Origin: an uncultured Chloroflexia bacterium
GTDB taxonomy: Bacteria; Chloroflexota; Limnocylindria; Limnocylindrales; CSP1-4
Assembly (NCBI GenBank): GCA_963768655.1
Contig: CAVYIM010000004.1
Coordinates: forward strand, 640,001 to 704,000
DNA: 64,000 nucleotides
Reading direction: 5' to 3'
Below the pieces are notes generated by a model. That model searched no databases and was not told the origin of the DNA. It was given only the letters and a program-made list of their open reading frames with translations. A program made the position numbers and the translations under genes. Shown here piece by piece: positions 1 to 9,038 of the stretch (the stretch's first letter is position 1; every line of letters begins with the position of its first letter).

Positions 1-657
1 TACGCGTTCCTCACCGGCTTCGAATACGTCCGCTTCAACGCCCGCCTGCAGGGCATGCGCAACGCCGATGCCGCGGCTCGCGCCGCGATTGCCAGGGTCG
101 GCCTGGAAGACGCGGCCGACCGCGCCATCGGCACCTACTCGAAGGGAATGCGCCAGCGAGCCAAGGTTGCCGGCGCGCTCGTTCACGATCCCCAGGTGCT
201 GCTCCTGGATGAGCCGTTCAACGGCATGGACCCTCGTCAGCGCCTGTCGATGATGGAGCTGCTGGGCGAGATGGCCGGCGCCGGCCGGACCATCCTGTTC
301 TCCTCGCACATCCTCGAGGAGGTCGAGAGGATCGGGACGGAGATCCTGGTCCTGGTCGCCGGTCGGCTGGCCGCGTCGGGCGACTTCCGGGCGATCCGGG
401 CCCTGATGACCGATCGGCCCCACTCGATCACGATCCGCTCCAGCGACGACCGCAGGCTGGCTACAACCCTGATGGCCGATCCGGCCGTCTTCGCCGTGGA
501 GCTGAAGGAGAACGCCCTGTCGGTGCAGACCGCTCATCTCTCCGCCTTCCGCCGCATCATCGCCGTCGCCAGCCGGAGTGCCGGCGTACGCCTGACGGAG
601 GTCGTGCCGGCAGACGAATCGCTCGAGAGCGTGTTCGACTATCTGGTGCGCCGATGA
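1..657 (+). CDS. ABC transporter ATP-binding protein (5' truncated by window edge)
   Basis: Frame open from base 1; signature YSKGMRQR, Walker B VLLLDEP, H-loop SSHIL. Confidence 0.92.
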   Translation, partial: YAFLTGFEYVRFNARLQGMRNADAAARAAIARVGLEDAADRAIGTYSKGMRQRAKVAGALVHDPQVLLLDEPFNGMDPRQRLSMMELLGEMAGAGRTILFSSHILEEVERIGTEILVLVAGRLAASGDFRAIRALMTDRPHSITIRSSDDRRLATTLMADPAVFAVELKENALSVQTAHLSAFRRIIAVASRSAGVRLTEVVPADESLESVFDYLVRR

Positions 658-1436
658 TCGGCACGCCAGTGGCAGGATCCTCGATGACCGGATGGCTGAC
701 TGCGTTCGTGGAGATCGTGCGGCTGACCTTCCGCCAGCAGCTGGGGCGGCGGCGCACGCTGCTGCTCGTGCTCCTGGCCGCGCTGCCGCCGCTCCTCGCC
801 CTGATCTTCCGCGCCTTCGGCGAGGTGGACGTCAGCCGCTTCACGAGCCGTGTCTTCGACCTGGTGTCCCTGACCATCGTCCTGCCGCTGGCGACGGTCC
901 TCTTCGGCACCGGTGCGTTCGGCGCCGAGAACGACGAAGGCACGATCCTCTATCTGCTGGCCAAGCCGATCTCGCGCTGGGTGATGGTCGCGGCCAAAGC
1001 GTTCGCTGCCGTGGCGCTTTCACTCGTCCTGACGGTCGCCTCCGTTCTGGTAGCGGGCGCGATCGAACTGGTGCCGGCCGGCTCCGACGGAGTCTCCGCG
1101 ACTGAGGCCTACGTCGCGGCGATGGTCGTAGGTTCGCTCTGCTACGTCGTCCTGTTCCTGACGCTGAGCCTGTTCACCCGCCGTGCGCTTGTGATCGGCA
1201 TCGGCTACTCGCTGGTGTGGGAGGGCGCCCTCTCGTCCCTCCTGCCCGGCATCGCCAACCTGTCTGTACGGCAGTACGCCCTCGGTGTGGCTGACGGCTT
1301 CTACCAGCTCCACGTCCAGGCGGCCCGACTCTCGCCCACGACGGCCCTCACACTGTCGGCGATCCTGATCGTGGTCGCGCTCGCGCTCGCCACCTGGCGC
1401 CTGATGCGCTTCGAGCTGTCGGGCTCGACCGACTGA
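654..1436 (+). CDS. ABC-2 type transporter permease
   Basis: About 6 hydrophobic segments, ENDEGTILYLLAKPISR motif; ATGA overlap with the ATPase gene. Confidence 0.88.
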   Translation: MIGTPVAGSSMTGWLTAFVEIVRLTFRQQLGRRRTLLLVLLAALPPLLALIFRAFGEVDVSRFTSRVFDLVSLTIVLPLATVLFGTGAFGAENDEGTILYLLAKPISRWVMVAAKAFAAVALSLVLTVASVLVAGAIELVPAGSDGVSATEAYVAAMVVGSLCYVVLFLTLSLFTRRALVIGIGYSLVWEGALSSLLPGIANLSVRQYALGVADGFYQLHVQAARLSPTTALTLSAILIVVALALATWRLMRFELSGSTD

Positions 1437-1455
1437 TCGCTCCGGGCTTCGTGTC

Positions 1456-1491
1456 CCGCCGAGGAGCGCGCCGCCGAGGAGCGCGCCGCCG
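1456..1491. repeat. 15-bp tandem repeat (CCGCCGAGGAGCGCG x2.4)
   Basis: Seen directly between two convergent genes. Confidence 0.75.
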
Positions 1492-1560
1492 GGCGGCGGG
1501 GGTGGCAGGCCGGCGAGCGGCAGGCCGGCGGCCCGGGCCGCCGCGGAGATCCAGAAGCCG

Positions 1561-2541
1561 CTACTCCGCGACCGGCAGCCCCAGGATGTTGAAGCCGCCG
1601 TCGACGTAGATGACTTCGCCGGTGGTCTGGCCCGAGAGTGGGCTCGCCAGGTAGACGGCGGTGCCGGCCACGTCTTCGATGGTGATGTGCGAGCGGAGCG
1701 GAGCCACCTCGGCGAAGGCGCCGTACATCAGCTTGAAGCCGGCGATGCCGTGGGCGGAGAGGGTCCGCACGGGCCCGGCGCTGATGGCGTTGATGCGGAT
1801 GCCACTGGGGCCTAGGTCGGCTGCGAGATACCGCGTGGAGGCCTCGAGCGCCGCCTTGGCCACGCCCATGACGTTGTAGTGGGGCACTACCTTCTCGGCG
1901 CCGTAGTAGGTCATAGTGATGATCGACGACCCCGGAGGCATGTACGGCCGGGCTTCCCGGGCCATCGCGATCAGCGAGTACACGCTGATGTCGAAGGCGG
2001 TGTGGAAGCCGTCGCGGCTGGTGTCGGCGAAGTGGCCGGCCAGGTCTTCTTTTTCGGCATAGGCGACGGCGTGGACGAGGATGTCCAGGCTGCCTTCCCT
2101 GGCCTTCCAGTGCTCGAAGACTCGCCGAATCTCGTCGTCGTCACGGACGTCGCACGGCTCGACGAAGCGGGAGCCGATGGAGGCGGCCAGCGGCCGGACG
2201 CGCCGCTTGATGAGCGACGACATGGAGCTGAAGCCGACCTCGGCACCCTGGTCGTAGAGCGCCTTGGCAATGCCCCAGGCGATCGAGTGGTCGTTGGCGA
2301 CGCCGAACACCAGCGCCTTCTTGCCCTTGAGCAGGCCTTCTCGATCGCAGTCGTCCGCGGGTCTGGCCAGGCGGCGGGAGGCGCGTGGCCGGGCGACCGT
2401 GGTAGCTACCTCGACGGCCGCGGCTCTGGAGCCGGCGGCGGCCGGCTCGCGCCGGCTGCGGAGGTCGGCTTCCGTCGCCTGCGTCGGGGCTGTCGGTTCC
2501 TGTTCGGCGGCGCCGGCGGCCGGTCGTTTGGTCAGCTTCAT
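1561..2541 (-). CDS. fabI: Enoyl-ACP reductase FabI with N-terminal extension
   Basis: GVANDHSIAWGIA, catalytic YNVMGVAK, NAISAGPVRT, IYVDGG; GGAGG upstream of the ATG at 2541. Confidence 0.95.
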   Translation of the reverse strand: MKLTKRPAAGAAEQEPTAPTQATEADLRSRREPAAAGSRAAAVEVATTVARPRASRRLARPADDCDREGLLKGKKALVFGVANDHSIAWGIAKALYDQGAEVGFSSMSSLIKRRVRPLAASIGSRFVEPCDVRDDDEIRRVFEHWKAREGSLDILVHAVAYAEKEDLAGHFADTSRDGFHTAFDISVYSLIAMAREARPYMPPGSSIITMTYYGAEKVVPHYNVMGVAKAALEASTRYLAADLGPSGIRINAISAGPVRTLSAHGIAGFKLMYGAFAEVAPLRSHITIEDVAGTAVYLASPLSGQTTGEVIYVDGGFNILGLPVAE

Positions 2542-2643
2542 GAGTTCCGTCGGTCCTCCGTTGGTTCTGCCCCGGTTCGCCGGCGGGCGGGTCGGATCCA
2601 GGCGAGCCGCCGCCAGGTTTGCGGCCGCGCCCCGCGCCTCCGA

Positions 2644-2827
2644 CCGTTTCTACCTGTCCAAACTCCGCCCGCGCTCGATCGTTACGTTGATCCGAGAGAC
2701 GGACCGGAGGGCGCCCGACCGGAGCATAACTTCCACTCAGGCGCTACACAATGCGAGCCGAGAGGAGTTGCAGCTTTGCAGACCCGACAGGCGCATCCGG
2801 TCGGAGGTTTGAACGGAGATGAACCGG
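2644..2827. repeat. ~184-bp element bounded by imperfect ~30-bp inverted repeats
   Basis: Left end CCGTTTCTACCTGTCCAAACTCCGCCCG versus reverse complement of right end CCGGTTCATCTCCGTTCAAACCTCCGACCG. Confidence 0.45.
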
Positions 2828-3138
2828 CTGTTCCCATCACTCGGATAGTGCTGCCGAGGTGGATTGCGGAGTCAGTCGCCCGAGCGGCCTGAGCCACGCC
2901 TTGCGGTCTTCGTGCAGCTACTTCGTGGCTGCGCCCTGGTCCTTGAGATCGTCAGGCTCCGGGTGCGCCGGGCGGGGCCCTCTGCATGGCAGTCATGGTA
3001 AGGGGTGCGGCTGGGTCCGCCTGTCATCGTTGCGTAGTCCTGGAGGCTCCGCTAACGCCCGGGACGACCAGGCACGATCCTCCGGAACGCTCGCCGACTC
3101 GCTTTACCGTCAGTCGGCCCTCGCCGCCGGAAACCCGC

Positions 3139-4026
3139 TCAGAACGGGCCGATGCCGCCGAGGAGGTTCTGAGCGGGCGATTCATCGCCCTGCTCCTGGG
3201 CCTCGACGCGCTCGAGCGCGACGACGATCGCCAGACCGAGCGGCACTTCGAAGCCGGGCGCGATCTGGATCCCATAGGCGTCGTGGATGCTGAACCACTT
3301 GCGAGACGCGTCTATGACCTGCCCGCCGGCCTGGTCCTTGACCTGAAACTCGCGGTTCGACCAGTTGCCATGGACCGTGAGCTCCTGGCCGCCGGCGAGG
3401 GTGATCTTGAACTTATCGCCCCCCAGGTGAAAGATCGCCTCCTGGACGGTGGCCGAAACCCGGCCGTCCTTCTTGATCTCGATGGTCTTGTGAATATGCG
3501 GGGCGAGCGGCTTACTGATCTCGTAAAGCGGCTGGCCGTTGAGATCTTTGAGCACATGGGTGCCGTGCAGGCTGACGAGCTTGCCATCGACTTCGAAAGC
3601 GTGGTTGCCCTGTCCGTCCTCGATCCACAGATCACCGGTCAGCGAAATCAACTTCTGATTGAGAACGAACGTCTGGACTTGACCACCTGGCATCGTCGAC
3701 GCCGCGGGAACACTCGGAGGCATCTCGGCAGGCGACTGTGGCGAGGTGGGCGAGTCGGGCGAGGTGGGCGAGTCGGGCGAGTCGGGCGAGTCGGCGACCT
3801 TCTGCTGGGTGAAGGACGTGGCGCCGCACTGCGGGCACTTCGCGGCATTCGCAAGCTGCTGGTAGTGCGCGCGGAGAGCGGTCTGCTGGTCGAACGTGGC
3901 CCCGATGGTCGATGTGAACTGACTCGCGAGAGACTGCAGGTTTGGTCTTTCTTCCGCGATGCCGGCCGGAACAGACCAGGTGTGGTGGCACTTATTGCAG
4001 GTCCGCTCGTAGTCGCCATTCGCCAT
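3139..4026 (-). CDS. Zn-ribbon + Ser/Pro repeat linker + LURP-one-related/scramblase (tubby-like) domain protein
   Basis: AGGAGG RBS before ATG 4026; CNKC...CPQC; C-terminal QKLISLTGDLWIED..., SRKWFSIHDAYGIQI typical of the LURP-one family. Confidence 0.8.
   Translation of the reverse strand: MANGDYERTCNKCHHTWSVPAGIAEERPNLQSLASQFTSTIGATFDQQTALRAHYQQLANAAKCPQCGATSFTQQKVADSPDSPDSPTSPDSPTSPQSPAEMPPSVPAASTMPGGQVQTFVLNQKLISLTGDLWIEDGQGNHAFEVDGKLVSLHGTHVLKDLNGQPLYEISKPLAPHIHKTIEIKKDGRVSATVQEAIFHLGGDKFKITLAGGQELTVHGNWSNREFQVKDQAGGQVIDASRKWFSIHDAYGIQIAPGFEVPLGLAIVVALERVEAQEQGDESPAQNLLGGIGPF
3731..3793. repeat. In-frame 9-bp tandem repeat encoding (D/T/Q)SP units
   Basis: GGCGAGTCG/GGCGAGGTG units on +; protein reads DSPDSPDSPTSPDSPTSPQSP. 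Confidence 0.85.
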
Positions 4027-4451
4027 GTCAACCTCCTGGAGTTGCGCGTGCACGCTTGGCGATCTGTCCGACGTGCCGCACGAACGTCCATGATCGTCGA
4101 TCAGTGCTGTACCCACCATTACGCGTCCCGTCCATCTCGCGCGTGGCAACCGGCCGCGGTCAGCCGCCCGCGAAGGAGCTGGTCAGGGCCATCGAGCCCG
4201 TTGCGATGAAGGTGCCAGTCTTGGGGCCATAGAGCTTGGCTGACTGCGGCCGCCCGTCCGGGTTTAGTGTCGCGATTCAGCTCTATCGTGCGACACCCGG
4301 ACTCGGCAGCCGGAGCACGCCTCGCCCGACAACTTCACGCACCGCTAACCTTCCGCACATGACTCTCGCGAACGACCTTCCGGACTTCGGCCACCTCACC
4401 GTCGCGCGCCAAGCGACGGGCGACGTGTGGCCGGCTCACTTCTGACAGCCG

Positions 4452-5483
4452 ATGCCGGAGACTGTTCGGCGGCGTCTAGCGGCCCAGCTGCTGAGCGGAA
4501 GCCCCGCTCGAACCCCGGAGGCCGCGGTCAATCGAATCCTGGCCGTGCAAGCACAGGATCTTCGAGGCGCCCGCCTCGCGATTCGGGCGCGAAGCACGGG
4601 CCTGACCGCTGCAGACGTAGATCGGGCCCTGACCGTCGATCGGTCGCTTCTGGTCACATGGCTGAACCGCGGAACGCTGCACCTGGTGACCCGAGAGGAC
4701 TACCCGTGGCTTTTCGCTCTGACGGCGCCCCGACACCGAGCGTGGGTTAGCGCGCGCCTGGGGCAACTCGGCGTCGCGCCCGAGGTGGCCGAACGCGGAG
4801 TCTCGATCATCGTCGGGGCGCTCCGGAATGAGGGTCCGCTCACCCGATCCGACCTCGTCGAGCGGCTGAACCGTCGCGGCGTGCCCACCGCCGGTCAAGC
4901 TATCGTCCATCAGATCGGGCTGGCAAGCCTGCGAGGCCTGGTTGTTCGAGGTCCGATGCGCGGGCGAGAGCAGTGCTTCGTTCATGTGCGCGATTGGCTC
5001 GGGGAACCCGTGCCTGTGGATCGGGAGCGTGCGTTCGCCGAGCTGGCCCGCCGCTACCTCGCCGGCCACGGTCCGGCCGCCGAGCGCGACCTCGCGTACT
5101 GGGCCGGCGTGCCGCTCCGCGACGCCCGTGCCGGACTGCGATCGATCGGCCCCGAGCTCGAGGAATGGGCCGACGGCCTCGTGGATCTAGCCGGCCGGGG
5201 AGTCGCTCCCGAGTTGCCGCCCCCTCGCCTGCTCGGCCCATTCGATCCGCTGCTGCACGGCTGGGCTTCGCGCGAACCTATCGTCGGCCGACACGGCGGG
5301 CTGGTCACGAGCAACGGCGTATTTCGGCCGATCCTACTGGTGAATGGCCGCGCCACCGGAACATGGACAGTGCAGGCCGGTCGCGTCGAGTTGCGGCCGT
5401 TCGAGGATCTCGAGGATTCGGCGATCGCTGCTCTCGAAGCCGACGGCGGAGCGGTGTTGCGCTATCTCAGCCCGGCCGTCTAG
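4452..5483 (+). CDS. HTH_42 winged-helix DNA glycosylase, AlkZ-like
   Basis: AVQAQD (QxQ) motif, WLNRGTLHLV, GPAAERDLAYWAG, LLGPFDPLL. Confidence 0.85.
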   Translation: MPETVRRRLAAQLLSGSPARTPEAAVNRILAVQAQDLRGARLAIRARSTGLTAADVDRALTVDRSLLVTWLNRGTLHLVTREDYPWLFALTAPRHRAWVSARLGQLGVAPEVAERGVSIIVGALRNEGPLTRSDLVERLNRRGVPTAGQAIVHQIGLASLRGLVVRGPMRGREQCFVHVRDWLGEPVPVDRERAFAELARRYLAGHGPAAERDLAYWAGVPLRDARAGLRSIGPELEEWADGLVDLAGRGVAPELPPPRLLGPFDPLLHGWASREPIVGRHGGLVTSNGVFRPILLVNGRATGTWTVQAGRVELRPFEDLEDSAIAALEADGGAVLRYLSPAV

Positions 5484-5809
5484 AGCCGTCTCCGTACGGA
5501 GCCTGGCCGGCCCTCCCAAGTCGCTCAGGTCTTCTGCGGCAGCGGTCGCGACGTCCTGCAGACGTCCCGAGGCTCGGGACTGTAGATCGCCATTCTCAGT
5601 CTGGGCCCGCTTCGCGTCGCTTGCCGAGGTCGGTGCTGCCAAGCAGAGGAGTCCACGGCCTCACTCCATGAGCGCGAGCCACCTGCCACCAGGTACTTCG
5701 CGGATTGCCGCTCCCCGCGTTGCCTGGCCCGCTAAGCTAGACGGTGCCAGCCGGGATACACGCTTGCGTACCGCCACATCCCGGCCGCCGACAGACGAGG
5801 AGGATCCTG

Positions 5810-6640
5810 GTGGACGCTGTCATGGGGCTGTTAGTTCTTGTGGTCGTCGTCGCCTGCGTCGTCTGGGCGGTCCGCGTCACGGGCTTTTCGCTGCCGATCT
5901 GGAACGGAGTCCGCAGCGAGGGGATCATCGTGGCGTGGCGAGACACGGGGATGGCGGAGAGCAGCGGCGCTGGGAGCCTCGGCTCGACGATATATGACCT
6001 CCAGCTTCAGGTCATGCCGGTGCGGGGTGGAGCGCCCGTCATAGCCCACGTGAGAGCCCAGCTCGACTCCTTCTTGGACCCCGACGTCGGCAAACGAGTT
6101 CCGATCATCATCTCGCCGACGAACCCCAAACGCGTCAAGGTGGACCATTCGCGGTTGGACACGCCTCTGGACAAGAGCTGGCACACCGCCACCGGCTCGG
6201 CGCCAGGTGCCAGCTCGACGGGCGCGAAGCCCGGCCTCGACTTCGCCTTCGACGCCAACATGAACCCGACAACGGCCAGCCTGGACAACGTGGTCGGCGG
6301 GGTCACGACCGGGACGCAGAAGATCATCCACAACAGCGCGGCCCAGCTCCTTGCGAGCGGAACGCGCGGCACCGCGGTGATCAGCAGCTGCCAGCCTCTT
6401 GGCAAGACGGTTCTCCAGATGAATCCGCACGCAACGGCGCACCTGGACGATCCGGCGTGGCTCTTCACGTTGAAGGTCACCGTTCCCGGCAACGGCACGT
6501 GGCCGGCCGTCATGGGCCACTACGTGCCGCAGGCCAAAGTAGGCATGGTCGGTCCTGGCGTAAGACTGGCCGTGGCTGTCAACATGGCCGACAAGATGAA
6601 CGAAGTGGCCATCGACTGGGACCAGTCGCCGCTCCCGTAG
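5810..6640 (+). CDS. Membrane-anchored hypothetical protein with two similar beta-rich domains
   Basis: GAGGAGG RBS then GTG 5810; N-terminal TM helix; two related halves ending in VKVD and VAIDW. Confidence 0.65.
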   Translation: MDAVMGLLVLVVVVACVVWAVRVTGFSLPIWNGVRSEGIIVAWRDTGMAESSGAGSLGSTIYDLQLQVMPVRGGAPVIAHVRAQLDSFLDPDVGKRVPIIISPTNPKRVKVDHSRLDTPLDKSWHTATGSAPGASSTGAKPGLDFAFDANMNPTTASLDNVVGGVTTGTQKIIHNSAAQLLASGTRGTAVISSCQPLGKTVLQMNPHATAHLDDPAWLFTLKVTVPGNGTWPAVMGHYVPQAKVGMVGPGVRLAVAVNMADKMNEVAIDWDQSPLP

Positions 6641-6987
6641 GGGTTCGGGCGCGACAAGCCCCACCGCGTTGTCTGGCCGCGAAGACGCGACTCCTGACGT
6701 GCTTCACGGTTCACTCAACTCGACGGAGGGTTCGAGGGGACGGCCGAACTGAGCGAGTAGGCCAGCCTAGTCGAATGGTCGGAACGAGAGGACTAGAGGC
6801 CGAGATAACAAGCTAGCCTGTCTTCGAGGCAAAGGACGCCGTCGCATGGGGAGAAACGTTCCCCAAGACCGGCCCGTCGGTTTGGCGGTCCCGTCGCCCC
6901 TCGGCGCATCTAGGATCGGCCCGGGGGCGGGCTCAACGGCTTCTATACTCAAGTTGAGGCGAAGCCGATTTGAGAGGAGCTGCTGAG

Positions 6988-7224
6988 ATGCACGGAGCCA
7001 GCCAAGGCATTGCCTGTCCGAAGTGCAAGGCAGAGTGGCAGATTGTCCTGGAGGGCGAAGACGACTTCCACGGGCCGATCGATGACAGGGTCGGTTATGG
7101 CTCAAGGGAAGGCGGGGTCGGCTTCGTCGCAAGACTAGAGAGAGCAATGTGCCCGAACTGCGGCGCCAAAGTTGAGTCGATGCCGGAGAAGACGCCGCCG
7201 GCGATCGAGAAGATCGGCTGGTAG
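6988..7224 (+). CDS. Small Zn-finger protein (CPKC...CPNC)
   Basis: GAGGAG RBS before ATG 6988; two CxxC motifs in 78 aa. Confidence 0.6.
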   Translation: MHGASQGIACPKCKAEWQIVLEGEDDFHGPIDDRVGYGSREGGVGFVARLERAMCPNCGAKVESMPEKTPPAIEKIGW

Positions 7225-7316
7225 TGGACTAGAACCTCCGACCCATCCGGCCCCTCGCCCAAAGAGAAGCGGCCGCCGGGCGAATGCCCCGCGGCCGCGG
7301 TATTGACGTAGGACCG

Positions 7317-9038
7317 CTATCCCAGCAGCGCGGGGATTGCCTCCAGCGGGACGGGGTTCGCGCCGGTTACGATCTCACCCGCCGCGCGCAGCCGCGGCGC
7401 CACCGAGGCGATGTACGTGCGGGCGATCGGCTTCTTGGCGTCGAGAACGTTGGTGTCGCGCAGGACCAGCCACGAGCACACGAGCCACACGGCCATGTCG
7501 ACCAGGTCGCAGGCGTAGTAGTCGACGCGGTCGCGGTCCGGCTGGGCCTTCAACGCATCGACGGCCCTCTGGTACAGGGCCGTCAACTCGACCAGGATCG
7601 CTTTTTCGGCGGTCATGTCGACCGGGTAGTCGGCGGCCTGCCACTCGGCGAGCAGCGGATCGAGCGTCCGGTTCAGCAGCTTGCCGATAGCCGCGACGAC
7701 CTGCAGCTGGCTCGTGCCTTCGTAGATGTTCGTGATTCGAACGTCGCGGAAGAGCCGCTCGATGTTGAACTCGCGCATGTAGCCGACGCCGCCGTGGACC
7801 TGCATCGACTGGTAGCAGACCCGGTTGCCCATCTCGGTGGAGCAGTACTTCACCATTGGGGTCAGCGTCTCGGCCAGGGCCTGACACTGCTTGTGGCGGG
7901 CACGGACCGCCGGGTCGGCCTCGGCTCCGCCGTCTCCGAGAGCCTTCTCGTAAACCTTCCAGAGGTCCACCCAGCGCGCGGTTTCGGCCAGGAGGGCGCG
8001 GGTGGCCTCCGTGTCGACCCGCATCGAGAGCAGCAGCCGGGCGACGGCGGGGAGGACGCGGATCGGCTTGCCGAACTGGATCCGCTCCTTGGAGTAGCGG
8101 TCGGCCTCGCGATAGGCGGCCTCGGCGATACCCATGGCCTGGGCGGCGACCGCCAGACGTGCGCCGTTCATCAGATTCATCGAGTAGCGCATCAGGCCGA
8201 AGCGGCGCTTGCCGATCAGGATCGCCGGCGTGTTGTTGTACTGGATCTCGCAGGTGGGCGAGGAGTGGATGCCCATCTTGTTCTCGATGCGGCGGATCTT
8301 GACCGTCTCGTCTTTTTCCACCAGGAACATCGAGAGGCCGCGGGCGTCGCTGGAGCCTTCCTCGCTGCGAGCCAGGACGACCGAGATGTCGGCCAGGCCG
8401 TTGGTGATGAAGCGCTTGACGCCGTTCAGGTGCCACTGGCCGGTGGCCTCGTCCAGCGTCGCGCGAGTCGCCACGGCGCCCAGGTCCGACCCGGCGTCGG
8501 CCTCGGTCAGGACCATCGCGCCCGAAACCTCGCCGCGCGAGAAGCGTGGCAGGACGCGGGCCTTGGTCTCGGGGTCGCCGTACTCGTCGATCATCGAGGC
8601 GATTTCCTGGAGGCCGAAGACGGTCATGAGGCCGCTCTCGGCGCGGGCGACGATCTCGACCATCATCTGGTAGATCGACTCGGGCAGGTTCAGGCCGCCG
8701 AATTCGCGCGGCAGCATGGCCCCGAACAGCTCGGCCTGCTTGAGCGCCGCGATGGCGTCGAGCGTCGGCGCGGCGTACGTGACGACGCCGTTCTCGAAGT
8801 GGGCGCCCTCCTCGTCCGCCTCGGCGGCGCGGGGAGCCACGCGCTCGGCGCAGATCTCGCCCAGGACCTCGAGAACGATCTTGTAGTTGTCCTTGGCGTC
8901 GGCGTAGTTGCGCGGCGCCGCGGGGTACATGCCGGCCTCCGCGTAGCCCTTTTCCTTGAGCTCGAGGACTTCCCGAAGGTCGAGCTGGGCCAGCCGGAAC
9001 TGGAGGTCCTCGTTGTCGAAGAAGAAGCTGTCGCTCAT
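7317..9038 (-). CDS. Long-form acyl-CoA dehydrogenase
   Basis: MVLTEADAGSD, NGVKRFIT, KMGIHSSPT, QVHGGVGY, IYEGTSQLQ. Confidence 0.95.
   Translation of the reverse strand: MSDSFFFDNEDLQFRLAQLDLREVLELKEKGYAEAGMYPAAPRNYADAKDNYKIVLEVLGEICAERVAPRAAEADEEGAHFENGVVTYAAPTLDAIAALKQAELFGAMLPREFGGLNLPESIYQMMVEIVARAESGLMTVFGLQEIASMIDEYGDPETKARVLPRFSRGEVSGAMVLTEADAGSDLGAVATRATLDEATGQWHLNGVKRFITNGLADISVVLARSEEGSSDARGLSMFLVEKDETVKIRRIENKMGIHSSPTCEIQYNNTPAILIGKRRFGLMRYSMNLMNGARLAVAAQAMGIAEAAYREADRYSKERIQFGKPIRVLPAVARLLLSMRVDTEATRALLAETARWVDLWKVYEKALGDGGAEADPAVRARHKQCQALAETLTPMVKYCSTEMGNRVCYQSMQVHGGVGYMREFNIERLFRDVRITNIYEGTSQLQVVAAIGKLLNRTLDPLLAEWQAADYPVDMTAEKAILVELTALYQRAVDALKAQPDRDRVDYYACDLVDMAVWLVCSWLVLRDTNVLDAKKPIARTYIASVAPRLRAAGEIVTGANPVPLEAIPALLG

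Noticed and set aside
2682-2897. 71-aa Cys-containing minus-strand ORF
   Set aside because: Overlaps the inverted-repeat element, has no clear RBS and no recognisable family
4170-4235. SAM-I riboswitch-like words (CGATGAA, AGGTGCCA)
   Set aside because: Conserved elements are not in the required order or spacing and there is no P1 helix
5528-5654. Weak inverted repeat after the AlkZ-like gene
   Set aside because: Needs several gaps to pair and is plausible by chance in GC-rich DNA
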